The position numbers and the translations under genes were made by a program. From NCBI GenBank assembly GCA_017635595.1, contig JAGBLF010000027.1:24530-88529 (forward strand): a stretch of DNA of 64,000 bases, given 5' to 3'. Positions 42,800 to 50,970 of this stretch are shown here, piece after piece. Within the stretch, counting starts at the first letter, position 1. Each line of letters begins with the position of its first letter. The DNA is from Alphaproteobacteria bacterium. GTDB lineage: Bacteria > Pseudomonadota > Alphaproteobacteria > RF32 > CAG-239. The notes beneath the pieces were generated by a model. It was not told the origin of the DNA, searched no databases, and saw only the letters and a program-made list of their open reading frames with translations.

Positions 42800-43732
42800 T
42801 TAATCCCCGATTGCGTTACGTCCTTTAAATACACCATTTTCATACCCCTGTATTGTTTTATTTTCATCGGCATCGGCCAAGCGTTTCATGCTCAAAGCCA
42901 CATACTTGCGCTCACGCTCAATGCCCAAAAAGCGCCGACCGAGTTTTTTGGCCGCCACCGCCGTTGTCCCCGAACCGACAAACGGATCAAAAACCATATC
43001 ACCTGCATTGCTGGATGCCAAAATCAATTTAGCGATAAGCTTTTCCGGTTTTTGTGTCGGATGCTCGGTATTCTCCCCCATAGACCAAAACGGGATGGTA
43101 ATATCTGTCCAAATATTCGACGGGGCCGTATAACGAATCTTATTTCCGTTCTTTTCGTGCCAATCTTTCGGTAATCCCTGACTGTCGCGGTACGGTGCAA
43201 TGACGCGGCGCTCAACTTTTACGGCATCCAAATTAAAAGTATAGGTATCCGATTTGGTAAAAAACCAGATATCCTCCAAGCAATTTTTCCAGTTGTTTTG
43301 GGCAGCCCGTCCCTTTTCACGCTCCCAGGAAATACGGTTACGCAGTGCAAAATATTTGCAGGCGACCTGCGGTATAACAATAGAACTCTGCCAATCCGAA
43401 CAAATATACAAAGAAGCATTCGGTTTCATTATCCGCCCCAATTTAGAGAGCCATTTATCAAGCCATTTGCGGTAATCGCTCAAATCCATCTGCCGAAATA
43501 CATTCTGACCGAAGTTTTTAGTCAGATTATACGGCGGATCAACAATAATCAAATCGGCAAAATTGTCCGGAATGTAGCGCAACGCATAAAAAGTATCCTG
43601 CCAGATAATTTGATTATCCAAGGAAAAGTTATGATTCTGCGGCGAAAATTTAACGGCTTTGGCCGCATAATCAATTTCCTCTCGGTGCGAAAGGATTATT
43701 GTTTTATTGCGCGGTGCGATGTTTTTTTTCAC
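42800..43732 (-). CDS. ccrM: Beta-class N6-adenine DNA methyltransferase of the CcrM/M.HinfI family. It is an orphan with no adjacent restriction endonuclease and lacks the CcrM C-terminal extension.
   Basis: Motif IV IIVDPPYNL, HPTQKPE and motif I FDPFVGSGTT, in beta-class order. HPTQKPE is identical to my recollection of C. crescentus CcrM. It overlaps the HPr stop by 4 nt. Confidence 0.75.
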   Translation of the reverse strand: MKKNIAPRNKTIILSHREEIDYAAKAVKFSPQNHNFSLDNQIIWQDTFYALRYIPDNFADLIIVDPPYNLTKNFGQNVFRQMDLSDYRKWLDKWLSKLGRIMKPNASLYICSDWQSSIVIPQVACKYFALRNRISWEREKGRAAQNNWKNCLEDIWFFTKSDTYTFNLDAVKVERRVIAPYRDSQGLPKDWHEKNGNKIRYTAPSNIWTDITIPFWSMGENTEHPTQKPEKLIAKLILASSNAGDMVFDPFVGSGTTAVAAKKLGRRFLGIERERKYVALSMKRLADADENKTIQGYENGVFKGRNAIGD

Positions 43733-44007
43733 TCTTCTTCACCAAAACGAGAATTAACCAAACGAGTTAAATTATCAAGGGCCGTTTTTGCTTCGCTACC
43801 CGATGTTTTAACTTTGATAACACTGCCTTTTGAAGCGGCAAGCATCATTAAGCTTAAAATTGAGCTGCCGTCAACTTCCTGCCCGTCTTTTTCGACCGTA
43901 ACCTCAGCATCCGTACAAGATACGCACTTGACAAATGCCGCTGCTGCACGGGCATGCAAGCCTTTTTGGTTGCATATTGTCAGTTCTTTTTCCAAAACTT
44001 CACTCAT
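43729..44007 (-). CDS. ptsH: Phosphocarrier protein HPr/NPr.
   Basis: GLHARAAA active-site His15 region; 92 aa. Confidence 0.8.
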   Translation of the reverse strand: MSEVLEKELTICNQKGLHARAAAAFVKCVSCTDAEVTVEKDGQEVDGSSILSLMMLAASKGSVIKVKTSGSEAKTALDNLTRLVNSRFGEEE

Positions 44008-44432
44008 TTGGAAGTCCCATTCAATAATTGTGAGGCTACATTAATGTATTTTTTGCCGGCATCCTGAGCACATTCGACACATTCGCCCAAGCTTTTATCT
44101 TTGCGAGCCGAAGCTAGTTTAATCAACATCGGCAAATTAACACCGGCGATAACGTCGAAATTACCATGTCCGATAACCGACATTGCCAAATTTGACGGTG
44201 TTCCGCCGAACATATCGGTCAGCAACAAAACGCCCTTTCCGTCATCAACAGATTTGGCTTTATCCAAAATTTCCTGCCGGCGAGCATCCATATCATCATC
44301 CGGCCCGATACATACACAGGCCACTTTTTCTTGCGTACCGACAACGTGCTGCATAGCCGCCAAAAACTCCACGGCTAAATTGCCGTGTGTGACAAAAACC
44401 AATCCGATCATTTTGTTGCTCCGCCTGTCCAA
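44004..44432 (-). CDS. PTS EIIA component, mannose/fructose family (ManX-like, regulatory).
   Basis: IGLVFVTHGNLA (His10 region) and the EIIA-Man fold signature. The position directly upstream of HPr follows the alphaproteobacterial hprK-EIIA-npr module. Confidence 0.75.
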   Translation of the reverse strand: MDRRSNKMIGLVFVTHGNLAVEFLAAMQHVVGTQEKVACVCIGPDDDMDARRQEILDKAKSVDDGKGVLLLTDMFGGTPSNLAMSVIGHGNFDVIAGVNLPMLIKLASARKDKSLGECVECAQDAGKKYINVASQLLNGTSK

Positions 44433-44827
44433 GTTTTGATGGCGCCGAAGGATTTTAAGATTTCTTCTTTACTCTTAGCTCTGAACAATTCATCGGCGCG
44501 GGTACGACGACCATTCAAAACAATTTCTTCCACATTTTCAACTGCCACGGCATACACACGGTCAACAACCTCGCCGTGCAGTTCCACAATCATAACAACT
44601 TCAGACTCGGCCAAAACGGCAGCGGTTTCCGGATCGATATTGTCTAAAATAATGGAACGACGATCATCACGGCGCAACAAAGCCGTTTTTTTACTGTCAA
44701 ATTGCAGCAAAGGTTCATGCGGTTCATCGTCACGCGCATCGATAAAAATAGCTAATTCACCGTATTTGTTTTCGATAATTTCAAAAAAGTCTTGCTTTTC
44801 CATTAATGTATAATATTGGTTTTCCAT
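44408..44827 (-). CDS. Hypothetical 139-aa acidic protein occupying the position where HprK would be expected; it has no P-loop.
   Basis: Start chosen at the ATG (MENQYY) with a GGGGAAG RBS; the longer ORF begins at TTG. No Walker A motif, so it is not HprK. It overlaps the EIIA gene by 25 nt. Confidence 0.4.
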   Translation of the reverse strand: MENQYYTLMEKQDFFEIIENKYGELAIFIDARDDEPHEPLLQFDSKKTALLRRDDRRSIILDNIDPETAAVLAESEVVMIVELHGEVVDRVYAVAVENVEEIVLNGRRTRADELFRAKSKEEILKSFGAIKTWTGGATK

Positions 44828-44906
44828 TCTTCTTCCCCAATAAGTTTTCAAAGTTACCTGAGTTTAAAACATTTTTTTATAAAAGTAAATCTTAACTTTA
44901 TGCTTG

Positions 44907-45797
44907 TTATCTGACTTTGTCATTTTTCTTCAAGGATTCCTTTAACAGTTCTTTCATCTGAACCGAATATGATTTACCGCCGCTCTTTTGTTTGTCTTCA
45001 GGTTTACGTGATGTTGTTTGGTGCTTTATTTCTGACAGGCGTGCCGTTTGTCCCGATTTTTTCAAAATCAGTTCGGCAGTTTCATTTTGCGACATATTTT
45101 TTTGTGCAATATTTTTAACATCATCCATCTTAAGCGACTTTACTTTACGGTTTTCGGTCACATCTCTGACTTTGCGAACACCCTCGACAATTTTACCTTC
45201 GTTATGCTTGGTTACGTTACCTTCAATTCCCAGTTTTTCGGTAATATTGTGCGCCAAAGCCTCACGGCGCAAACGACTCGGATTATAAATGGCATCTTGC
45301 ATTTCTTTGGTAAATTCATCGGTAGTCATTTTTCTAAGACCGGCCTGTCTGAGTTTAGTATCGGCATGTTCCAACGCATCTTGTCTGCCGGCATCTTGCT
45401 CATGCCGCGTAATTTCGATATTGGTGTTTTGCATAATTTGCCGGCGTTCATTTTCCGACAGCGAATTAATCAGCGTATTATCGCCGTTTGAGGCATCGGT
45501 TTGATTAATTTGCAGTTCTTGCAGCGAACGGATAACATCTTCGTCCATACTGCCGTCATCTTCTTCATCATACGAATCGCGTACTTTTTTACGCAATTTC
45601 TTCATATTTTTCGGAAGTGCGCTGATTTTCTTTTTTCCCTTTTCGGCGCTATATTGCTCGGCTTCCTGCACATTTATTTTAAGAGTGAGACGCTCGTTAT
45701 TGTCGAATCCCTTTTTATCGGATTTGCCGTTTTTTTGCTGAGCATCCTTTTTATCTTCCCGTTCGTCGTCTGTTTCTTCGTATTTGATATCTGCCAT
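44907..45797 (-). CDS. Hypothetical highly charged (K/E/D-rich) low-complexity protein.
   Basis: 296 aa, ~45% charged residues, with no TM and no recognised domain. Long ORF consistent with coding. Confidence 0.4.
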   Translation of the reverse strand: MADIKYEETDDEREDKKDAQQKNGKSDKKGFDNNERLTLKINVQEAEQYSAEKGKKKISALPKNMKKLRKKVRDSYDEEDDGSMDEDVIRSLQELQINQTDASNGDNTLINSLSENERRQIMQNTNIEITRHEQDAGRQDALEHADTKLRQAGLRKMTTDEFTKEMQDAIYNPSRLRREALAHNITEKLGIEGNVTKHNEGKIVEGVRKVRDVTENRKVKSLKMDDVKNIAQKNMSQNETAELILKKSGQTARLSEIKHQTTSRKPEDKQKSGGKSYSVQMKELLKESLKKNDKVR

Positions 45798-45850
45798 TTT
45801 AATTCCTTTACACTTTTTTCAATATAGCGTGTTATCGATAAAAATACAAT

Positions 45851-47503
45851 TTATTTTATGGTATACGTTATCATAATAGAACCGTCATAAAAAATTTGCG
45901 GAGACACATCGATTTTAACATTATCATCGCGCGACAGATTAAATTTGCGACCTTCTGTAATATTGGCAATCATGCTTTGTCTGAAAGTGTCCCAATCTTC
46001 GATATTGGAGAAAAACAGCTTTTGATACGCGATAATTTCCTCTAATTTCGGTTCATCCTGCAATTTTACGAAATCTATACTCCATAATTTCAAATACGCT
46101 TTATTATAAAATTTTAAACGCTGATTGGCACCGAATATAACAACCGAATCTGTCAGATTATCCAAAATATTTTGCTGCATTGAGGTCAACTCGTTTAAAC
46201 GGCGCATGGTTGCCAAACGGTCTGAAACATCTTCATAAGCAAAAATAACACCGTTCGGATGCGGCGCACGCAGGCGGCGAATCGTTCGGCCGTCAGAAAG
46301 GTGCAACAAGTCTTCTTTAGGCTCGAGCAAATTATCGAAAATACTCATTTCATCTTCTTTATAAGCCTTAAAGTCAGGTACCGGCGGTAACATTTTATGC
46401 TCGCGAACATTATCTAAAAACTGTAAATAAGTCGGCGTTTTTTCCAAAAATTCCGCTTCCAGATTCCACAAATAACGAAAAGACGTATTAGAAAAAAACA
46501 ATTTCATTTTAGAATCGTAAATTGCAATCGCTGTACCGAGTGCCGATAGAATGCCCAAATGATTATTTTGATTAATACGGAAATTACGTTTGGCTTTTTC
46601 TAACTCGGTAATATCGTTCAAATAACCGACCGTACCGATTTTATCCAGTATATCACCGACAAAATAAGGGGTTTCCTGAACCTCGTAATTATACAATTCT
46701 CCCTTATGCGCCATATTAAACGTCATTTTTTGAATTTTTTTGGTTTTCTGTGCTTCTTGAGCAATTTTTTTGGCGACGGCTTCACCTTTACCATTGCTCA
46801 ATTCGACATTTTTGCGCAAAACTTCGTCTTTACTGCTCAGGCCGCTGTACTCAAGATACTTTTTATTCACAACCAGCAGATTCAAATTTTCATCACGCAG
46901 CCACAGCGGATAATTTAAGCCGTCTACCATGTTTTCATATTGTTTCAGCGAATGTTTAATACTTTGTTTTTCATTTTCCAAATCCGCCAATCTGGCAGCC
47001 TCAGCCGTTACTTCGCGAAACCAAACCGTATCGCAATACAAATTATTATCTCGTCCGTTAACACGATTTCCGTAAACACAAACATAACGATGTTTACCTT
47101 TAAGGGCTAAAATATCTTCAAAAGCCAGTCCTTCTTGCTTGAGCATTACGACATATTTTTTGAGTATGCGAGCATCTTCCTTGGTAAAAGAATCGGCAAT
47201 TTCATCAAATGATGATGCCGTACCGTTTTTAAGCCCGAGCATTACCGACAAGCGCCGAGAACACTTTTCGACAATACCTTTTTGCGGATCTTTAACTTTT
47301 TGGTCGGGATACACAAAACAAAAATAACCGTCTTTGGCAGAAAACAAAAGTTCATGACAGCGCTCGCGATCACGCTTGATAAAATAGATTTTACACTTAT
47401 ATTTGTATAAAAGGACCTGCATATAAATAATAATACCTATCATTATTATTTCAAAAAGCAGGCTCAATATAACAAGATCTCTGAATATTTCTTCTTCGTT
47501 CAT
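45851..47503 (-). CDS. Membrane-anchored multi-PAS-domain protein with no transmitter (kinase) domain.
   Basis: N-terminal TM (LVILSLLFEIIMIGIIIYMQVLL). There are at least three PAS-like segments (…LNYPLWLRDENLNLLVVNKKYLEYSGLS…, …ILSALGTAIAIYDSKMKLFFSN…, …ILDNLTDSVVIFGANQRLKFYNKAYLKLW…). No H-box or HATPase motifs. Confidence 0.55.
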   Translation of the reverse strand: MNEEEIFRDLVILSLLFEIIMIGIIIYMQVLLYKYKCKIYFIKRDRERCHELLFSAKDGYFCFVYPDQKVKDPQKGIVEKCSRRLSVMLGLKNGTASSFDEIADSFTKEDARILKKYVVMLKQEGLAFEDILALKGKHRYVCVYGNRVNGRDNNLYCDTVWFREVTAEAARLADLENEKQSIKHSLKQYENMVDGLNYPLWLRDENLNLLVVNKKYLEYSGLSSKDEVLRKNVELSNGKGEAVAKKIAQEAQKTKKIQKMTFNMAHKGELYNYEVQETPYFVGDILDKIGTVGYLNDITELEKAKRNFRINQNNHLGILSALGTAIAIYDSKMKLFFSNTSFRYLWNLEAEFLEKTPTYLQFLDNVREHKMLPPVPDFKAYKEDEMSIFDNLLEPKEDLLHLSDGRTIRRLRAPHPNGVIFAYEDVSDRLATMRRLNELTSMQQNILDNLTDSVVIFGANQRLKFYNKAYLKLWSIDFVKLQDEPKLEEIIAYQKLFFSNIEDWDTFRQSMIANITEGRKFNLSRDDNVKIDVSPQIFYDGSIMITYTIK

Positions 47504-47618
47504 TAAAATATTTCTTTACAAAAAAGATTTGCGCTTGCGTAGATTTTATATTATATACATCATAAAGCAAATAATTTTTTACGATGGTTGATAATTTTTT
47601 AGACAATGGAAGATATAT

Positions 47619-48278
47619 ATGTATACGCTTGCCTTTGATACAACAGCCGACGGATGCTGTATTGCACTGTTGAAAGATACGCACGTTATCGATAAGTTTG
47701 AACAAAATACCGACTTCGGTCAGGCTGAGCTTTTAATGGTAGAAATTGATAATATGCTGAAAAAAAATAATCTGATGTTTGAAAATATCGGATTATTGTG
47801 TGTATGTATCGGGCCGGGTTCATTTACCGGCGTACGCTCGTCGATTGCCGCCGCACGGGCTTTTTCTTATGCTTTACCAAATATGAAAATCATCGGAGTT
47901 TCGGCTTTTGAGGCCTATGTACATTCGCTTGATATGAGCGAACTTTCGGAATATAACGCCGTTATTATTGAAACAAAGCGCGAAGACTTTTATTTTCAGC
48001 TGTTTAACGGCAGGCTTGAAAAGCTTTGCGAACCGGCGGCTCTCCCTTATGAAGAAATTATTGATATGCTTAAAGGAAAAACCGTTACGCTTATCGGCAA
48101 CGGAGTCGAACGCTTTTTAGATAAGCCGAGCGGACTTGTTTTACACGCCATTCGTATGGATAAAAATGCTTCCGTAATAGATCTTGCCGCCTGCGGATTG
48201 CAAAAATTTAACGCTAAAAAACTGAATTATCCCAAACCGCTATATTTGCGCGCACCTGATGTTTGTGTAAAATCGTAA
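47619..48278 (+). CDS. tsaB: tRNA threonylcarbamoyladenosine biosynthesis protein TsaB (YeaZ).
   Basis: N-terminal LAFDTTADGCCIALL and GPGSFTGVR are family signatures. Confidence 0.8.
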   Translation: MYTLAFDTTADGCCIALLKDTHVIDKFEQNTDFGQAELLMVEIDNMLKKNNLMFENIGLLCVCIGPGSFTGVRSSIAAARAFSYALPNMKIIGVSAFEAYVHSLDMSELSEYNAVIIETKREDFYFQLFNGRLEKLCEPAALPYEEIIDMLKGKTVTLIGNGVERFLDKPSGLVLHAIRMDKNASVIDLAACGLQKFNAKKLNYPKPLYLRAPDVCVKS

Positions 48279-48355
48279 AAATTATATGGATATATTAAAC
48301 AGAAAAGTGTATTAGTGTAAAAAACATTGTTTAACTTATTTAAAGTGAGGATAAA

Positions 48356-48640
48356 GTGACCAGATCAGAATTAATAGAAAAAATTGCAGCTCAGATGCCT
48401 AATTTAACTATTAAAGATATTGAAAGTATCGTTAATGTCGTATTTGATAAATTAACAAATGCGTTGGCTGCCGGTGACCGTATTGAAATCAGAGGTTTCG
48501 GTGCATTTTCAGTCAGAACCAGAAAACCGCGCATTGCCATTAACCCTAAAAATAAAGCCAGGGTTGAAGTTCCGTCTAAAAATATTATTCACTTTAAAAC
48601 CGGAAAAGAATTACACGACAGATTGAATCCGGCTTCATAA
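48356..48640 (+). CDS. ihfB: Integration host factor beta subunit (GTG start).
   Basis: SELIEKIA...RIEIRGFGAFSVRTRKPRIAINPKNKARVEVPSKNIIHFKTGKELHDR closely matches IhfB as recalled. GAGGAT RBS. Confidence 0.8.
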   Translation: MTRSELIEKIAAQMPNLTIKDIESIVNVVFDKLTNALAAGDRIEIRGFGAFSVRTRKPRIAINPKNKARVEVPSKNIIHFKTGKELHDRLNPAS

Positions 48641-48673
48641 CCAAAATTTTATCATTTAACACAGGAGAACGAT

Positions 48674-49093
48674 ATGAAATTTACATATTACATTATTGTT
48701 ATACCGGTTATCGCATTGTTAATTTGGCTGCTGTATGGTGTAGAAACTTCCGAAGAAGGCATTTCGTTTGCCCCATACCCGCAAGATTGCTTTAATCCGC
48801 AAATCGTTCTCATTTTGTGTGTTGCCGTCGGTTATGTTATCGGTAAGCTGAATTCGTGGTTTAATTATCTGCCGTTACGCCGCGATTTACGCCAGCAGAA
48901 AAAAGCCAATAAGGCCTTAAATCTTGAACAGCAAAAGCTTAATAATACCGTTAACGGCTTAAAGCAAGATATCGCCGGCTTACAGGAAAAAGTTCAATCG
49001 AATCCGACAGTCGCCGTTATTTCCGAAAAAAAAGGAATTAAAGCCTTCTTTTCGAAAATAATGCCTGCATTCGGTTCTAAGAAAGGAAACTGA
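48674..49093 (+). CDS. LapA-like (DUF1049) inner-membrane protein with a coiled-coil C-terminus.
   Basis: Two N-terminal TM helices, then the heptad-like LNLEQQKLNNTVNGLKQDIAGLQEKV. The position just downstream of ihfB is typical for lapA. Confidence 0.5.
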   Translation: MKFTYYIIVIPVIALLIWLLYGVETSEEGISFAPYPQDCFNPQIVLILCVAVGYVIGKLNSWFNYLPLRRDLRQQKKANKALNLEQQKLNNTVNGLKQDIAGLQEKVQSNPTVAVISEKKGIKAFFSKIMPAFGSKKGN

Positions 49094-49096
49094 TTT

Positions 49097-49951
49097 ATGA
49101 ATTGGCTAACCGATATTGTTCGCCCTAAAATTCAAAAAACAACACCGAAAGAAATAGCGGATAACCTTTGGATAAGATGTCCGAACTGTAATCAGATGCT
49201 GTTTTCCAAAGAGTTAAAAGAATCGCACTATGTATGTACTTCTTGCGGACACCATTTACGTTTATACGTTGATAATCGTTTTCGCCTGCTGTTTGACGAT
49301 TCGCAATACACCATGCTTGATTTACCGCCGGTTATTGATGATCCGCTTAAATTTAAGGATGTTCAAAAATACAGTGACCGCTTAAAAGCTAACCGAAAAA
49401 AAGCCGGTACCAATGATGCTATTCAGGTAGCATACGGCACAATCGGCGGCATTAGCAGCGTCGTTGCCGTTATGGACTTTTCATTTATGGGCGGTTCTAT
49501 GGGAATTGCCGTCGGTGAAGGTATCGTTGCCGCAGCGCATTATGCTTTGGTGCACAAGATTCCGCTTATAACCGTTGCCTCGTCAGGTGGTGCGCGTATG
49601 CAGGAAGGCATGTTATCGCTCATGCAAATGGCCCGTACGACAGCCGCCGTCAATGAGCTTAAAGAAGCCGGAATTCCGTTTATTTCTATTTTGACCGATC
49701 CGACAACCGGCGGTGTTTCAGCATCGTTTGCCATGCTCGGCGACGTTAATATTGCCGAAAAAGGTTGTTTAATCGGCTTTGCAGGCCCACGAGTTATAGA
49801 GCAAACCATCCACGAAAAACTTCCTGAAGGTTTTCAACGCGCCGAATATCTTTTGGAACATGGTATGGTCGATATGGTGGTGGAACGCGGCAAAATGAAA
49901 GAAGAATTGGTTAAAGTACTCAAAGTTTTAACCGCACATATCAAAAAATAA
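49097..49951 (+). CDS. accD: Acetyl-CoA carboxylase carboxyltransferase beta subunit.
   Basis: N-terminal Cys4 zinc finger (CPNCNQ...CTSCGHH) and the carboxyltransferase domain. Confidence 0.95.
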   Translation: MNWLTDIVRPKIQKTTPKEIADNLWIRCPNCNQMLFSKELKESHYVCTSCGHHLRLYVDNRFRLLFDDSQYTMLDLPPVIDDPLKFKDVQKYSDRLKANRKKAGTNDAIQVAYGTIGGISSVVAVMDFSFMGGSMGIAVGEGIVAAAHYALVHKIPLITVASSGGARMQEGMLSLMQMARTTAAVNELKEAGIPFISILTDPTTGGVSASFAMLGDVNIAEKGCLIGFAGPRVIEQTIHEKLPEGFQRAEYLLEHGMVDMVVERGKMKEELVKVLKVLTAHIKK

Positions 49952-49972
49952 TTTACAAAACAAGGTAAATTT

Positions 49973-50010
49973 CAAAAGTCAACATATCTGCAAATATGTT
50001 GACTTTTTTT
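49973..50010 (+). terminator. Rho-independent terminator after accD.
   Basis: GTCAACATAT-ctgca-AATATGTTGAC followed by a T7 run. Confidence 0.8.
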
Positions 50011-50059
50011 CTGTCCGGCGTATACTTCTGTCTAATGATTTATTAATTTATATATATTT

Positions 50060-50947
50060 ATGACACACAGAATTTTTTACCCGCTCAAACTTGTTCTTAT
50101 AGAAAATAAAGGCAAGTTTACACTCTACAAGAGTGAAACACCGATTCCGCATACAGGTGAATTAGCGCAGTTACAAGCCGTCGATTTCATCAGGGAAAAT
50201 GCCGATTATATCGCCGTTTACCCCGAATGCGGTCTGATTATTGCCGACAGTTTGCTGTATTCGGTTCAAGGACAAAAAATCACAGATTATCCGCTTGACG
50301 GTATACAAATCTGCTCAAAACAAGGTATTTATATTTTAACATCCGCTTCTTCGACTTACCAAAGCAATCATCTTCTTTTGTGGGATGGTTCGAAAGTTTT
50401 GCTGAGCGTAAAATACCAAAAGTATATTGAGAGCGATTTTTATTTTGCCGTGTATGCCGATAAAAAGTGGTCTGTCTACGATTGGGAAGGTCACCTGAAA
50501 AACGGAAACTATCCGTTAGCTGAGGAAGATATCAGCATAGAAGGACATTTTTTAGTCAAGGTCAGTGCCGGTAATCATGAATTATATTCACTGAAATACG
50601 GACAACTCTTACGACAAAAACAAAATGTTGTCTTGTGCAGTAAAACCGCTGATTTTGCCGTGTGCGCCTCTTTAAACCATCGGCTTGAGGTATTCGATGA
50701 CGGCGTGTGGCATTATCTTGATGATTTTACTTTCTTTAATTTGCTTGACAATATAAATATGTTTTGTATTCAGCAAGGAGATAAGTACTATCTGTATCGC
50801 TACCCGCGATTAAGACCATTCTTAAGCAGAAAGTTTCCGCAAGGCTTGGATTTCGTTTCGTATGATGAGCAAACGCAGACATTGCTTGTCAAATCTTCAG
50901 GCAAATCCTTTGTTATCAGTAAAAGAAAAGCTCTCGGCAAATGCTGA
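50060..50947 (+). CDS. Hypothetical protein with possible WG-type beta-repeats.
   Basis: Recurrent Y/W-rich segments (DKKWSVYDWEGHL, YYLYRYPRL). No signal peptide. Weak assignment. Confidence 0.4.
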   Translation: MTHRIFYPLKLVLIENKGKFTLYKSETPIPHTGELAQLQAVDFIRENADYIAVYPECGLIIADSLLYSVQGQKITDYPLDGIQICSKQGIYILTSASSTYQSNHLLLWDGSKVLLSVKYQKYIESDFYFAVYADKKWSVYDWEGHLKNGNYPLAEEDISIEGHFLVKVSAGNHELYSLKYGQLLRQKQNVVLCSKTADFAVCASLNHRLEVFDDGVWHYLDDFTFFNLLDNINMFCIQQGDKYYLYRYPRLRPFLSRKFPQGLDFVSYDEQTQTLLVKSSGKSFVISKRKALGKC

Positions 50948-50965
50948 GAGCTTTTCTTTTGTTTT
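50927..50965. terminator. Bidirectional terminator hairpin shared by the converging 50060..50947 gene and the giant gene.
   Basis: AAAGCTCTC-(10-nt loop)-GAGAGCTTT followed by a T-rich run. Confidence 0.6.
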
Positions 50966-50970
50966 TATGC

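Noticed and set aside
44408-44851. Calling the ORF upstream of EIIA(Man) the truncated alphaproteobacterial HprK.
   Set aside because: It has no Walker A/P-loop (GxxGxGKS) and none of the HprK C-terminal motifs. Only the genomic position suggests it.
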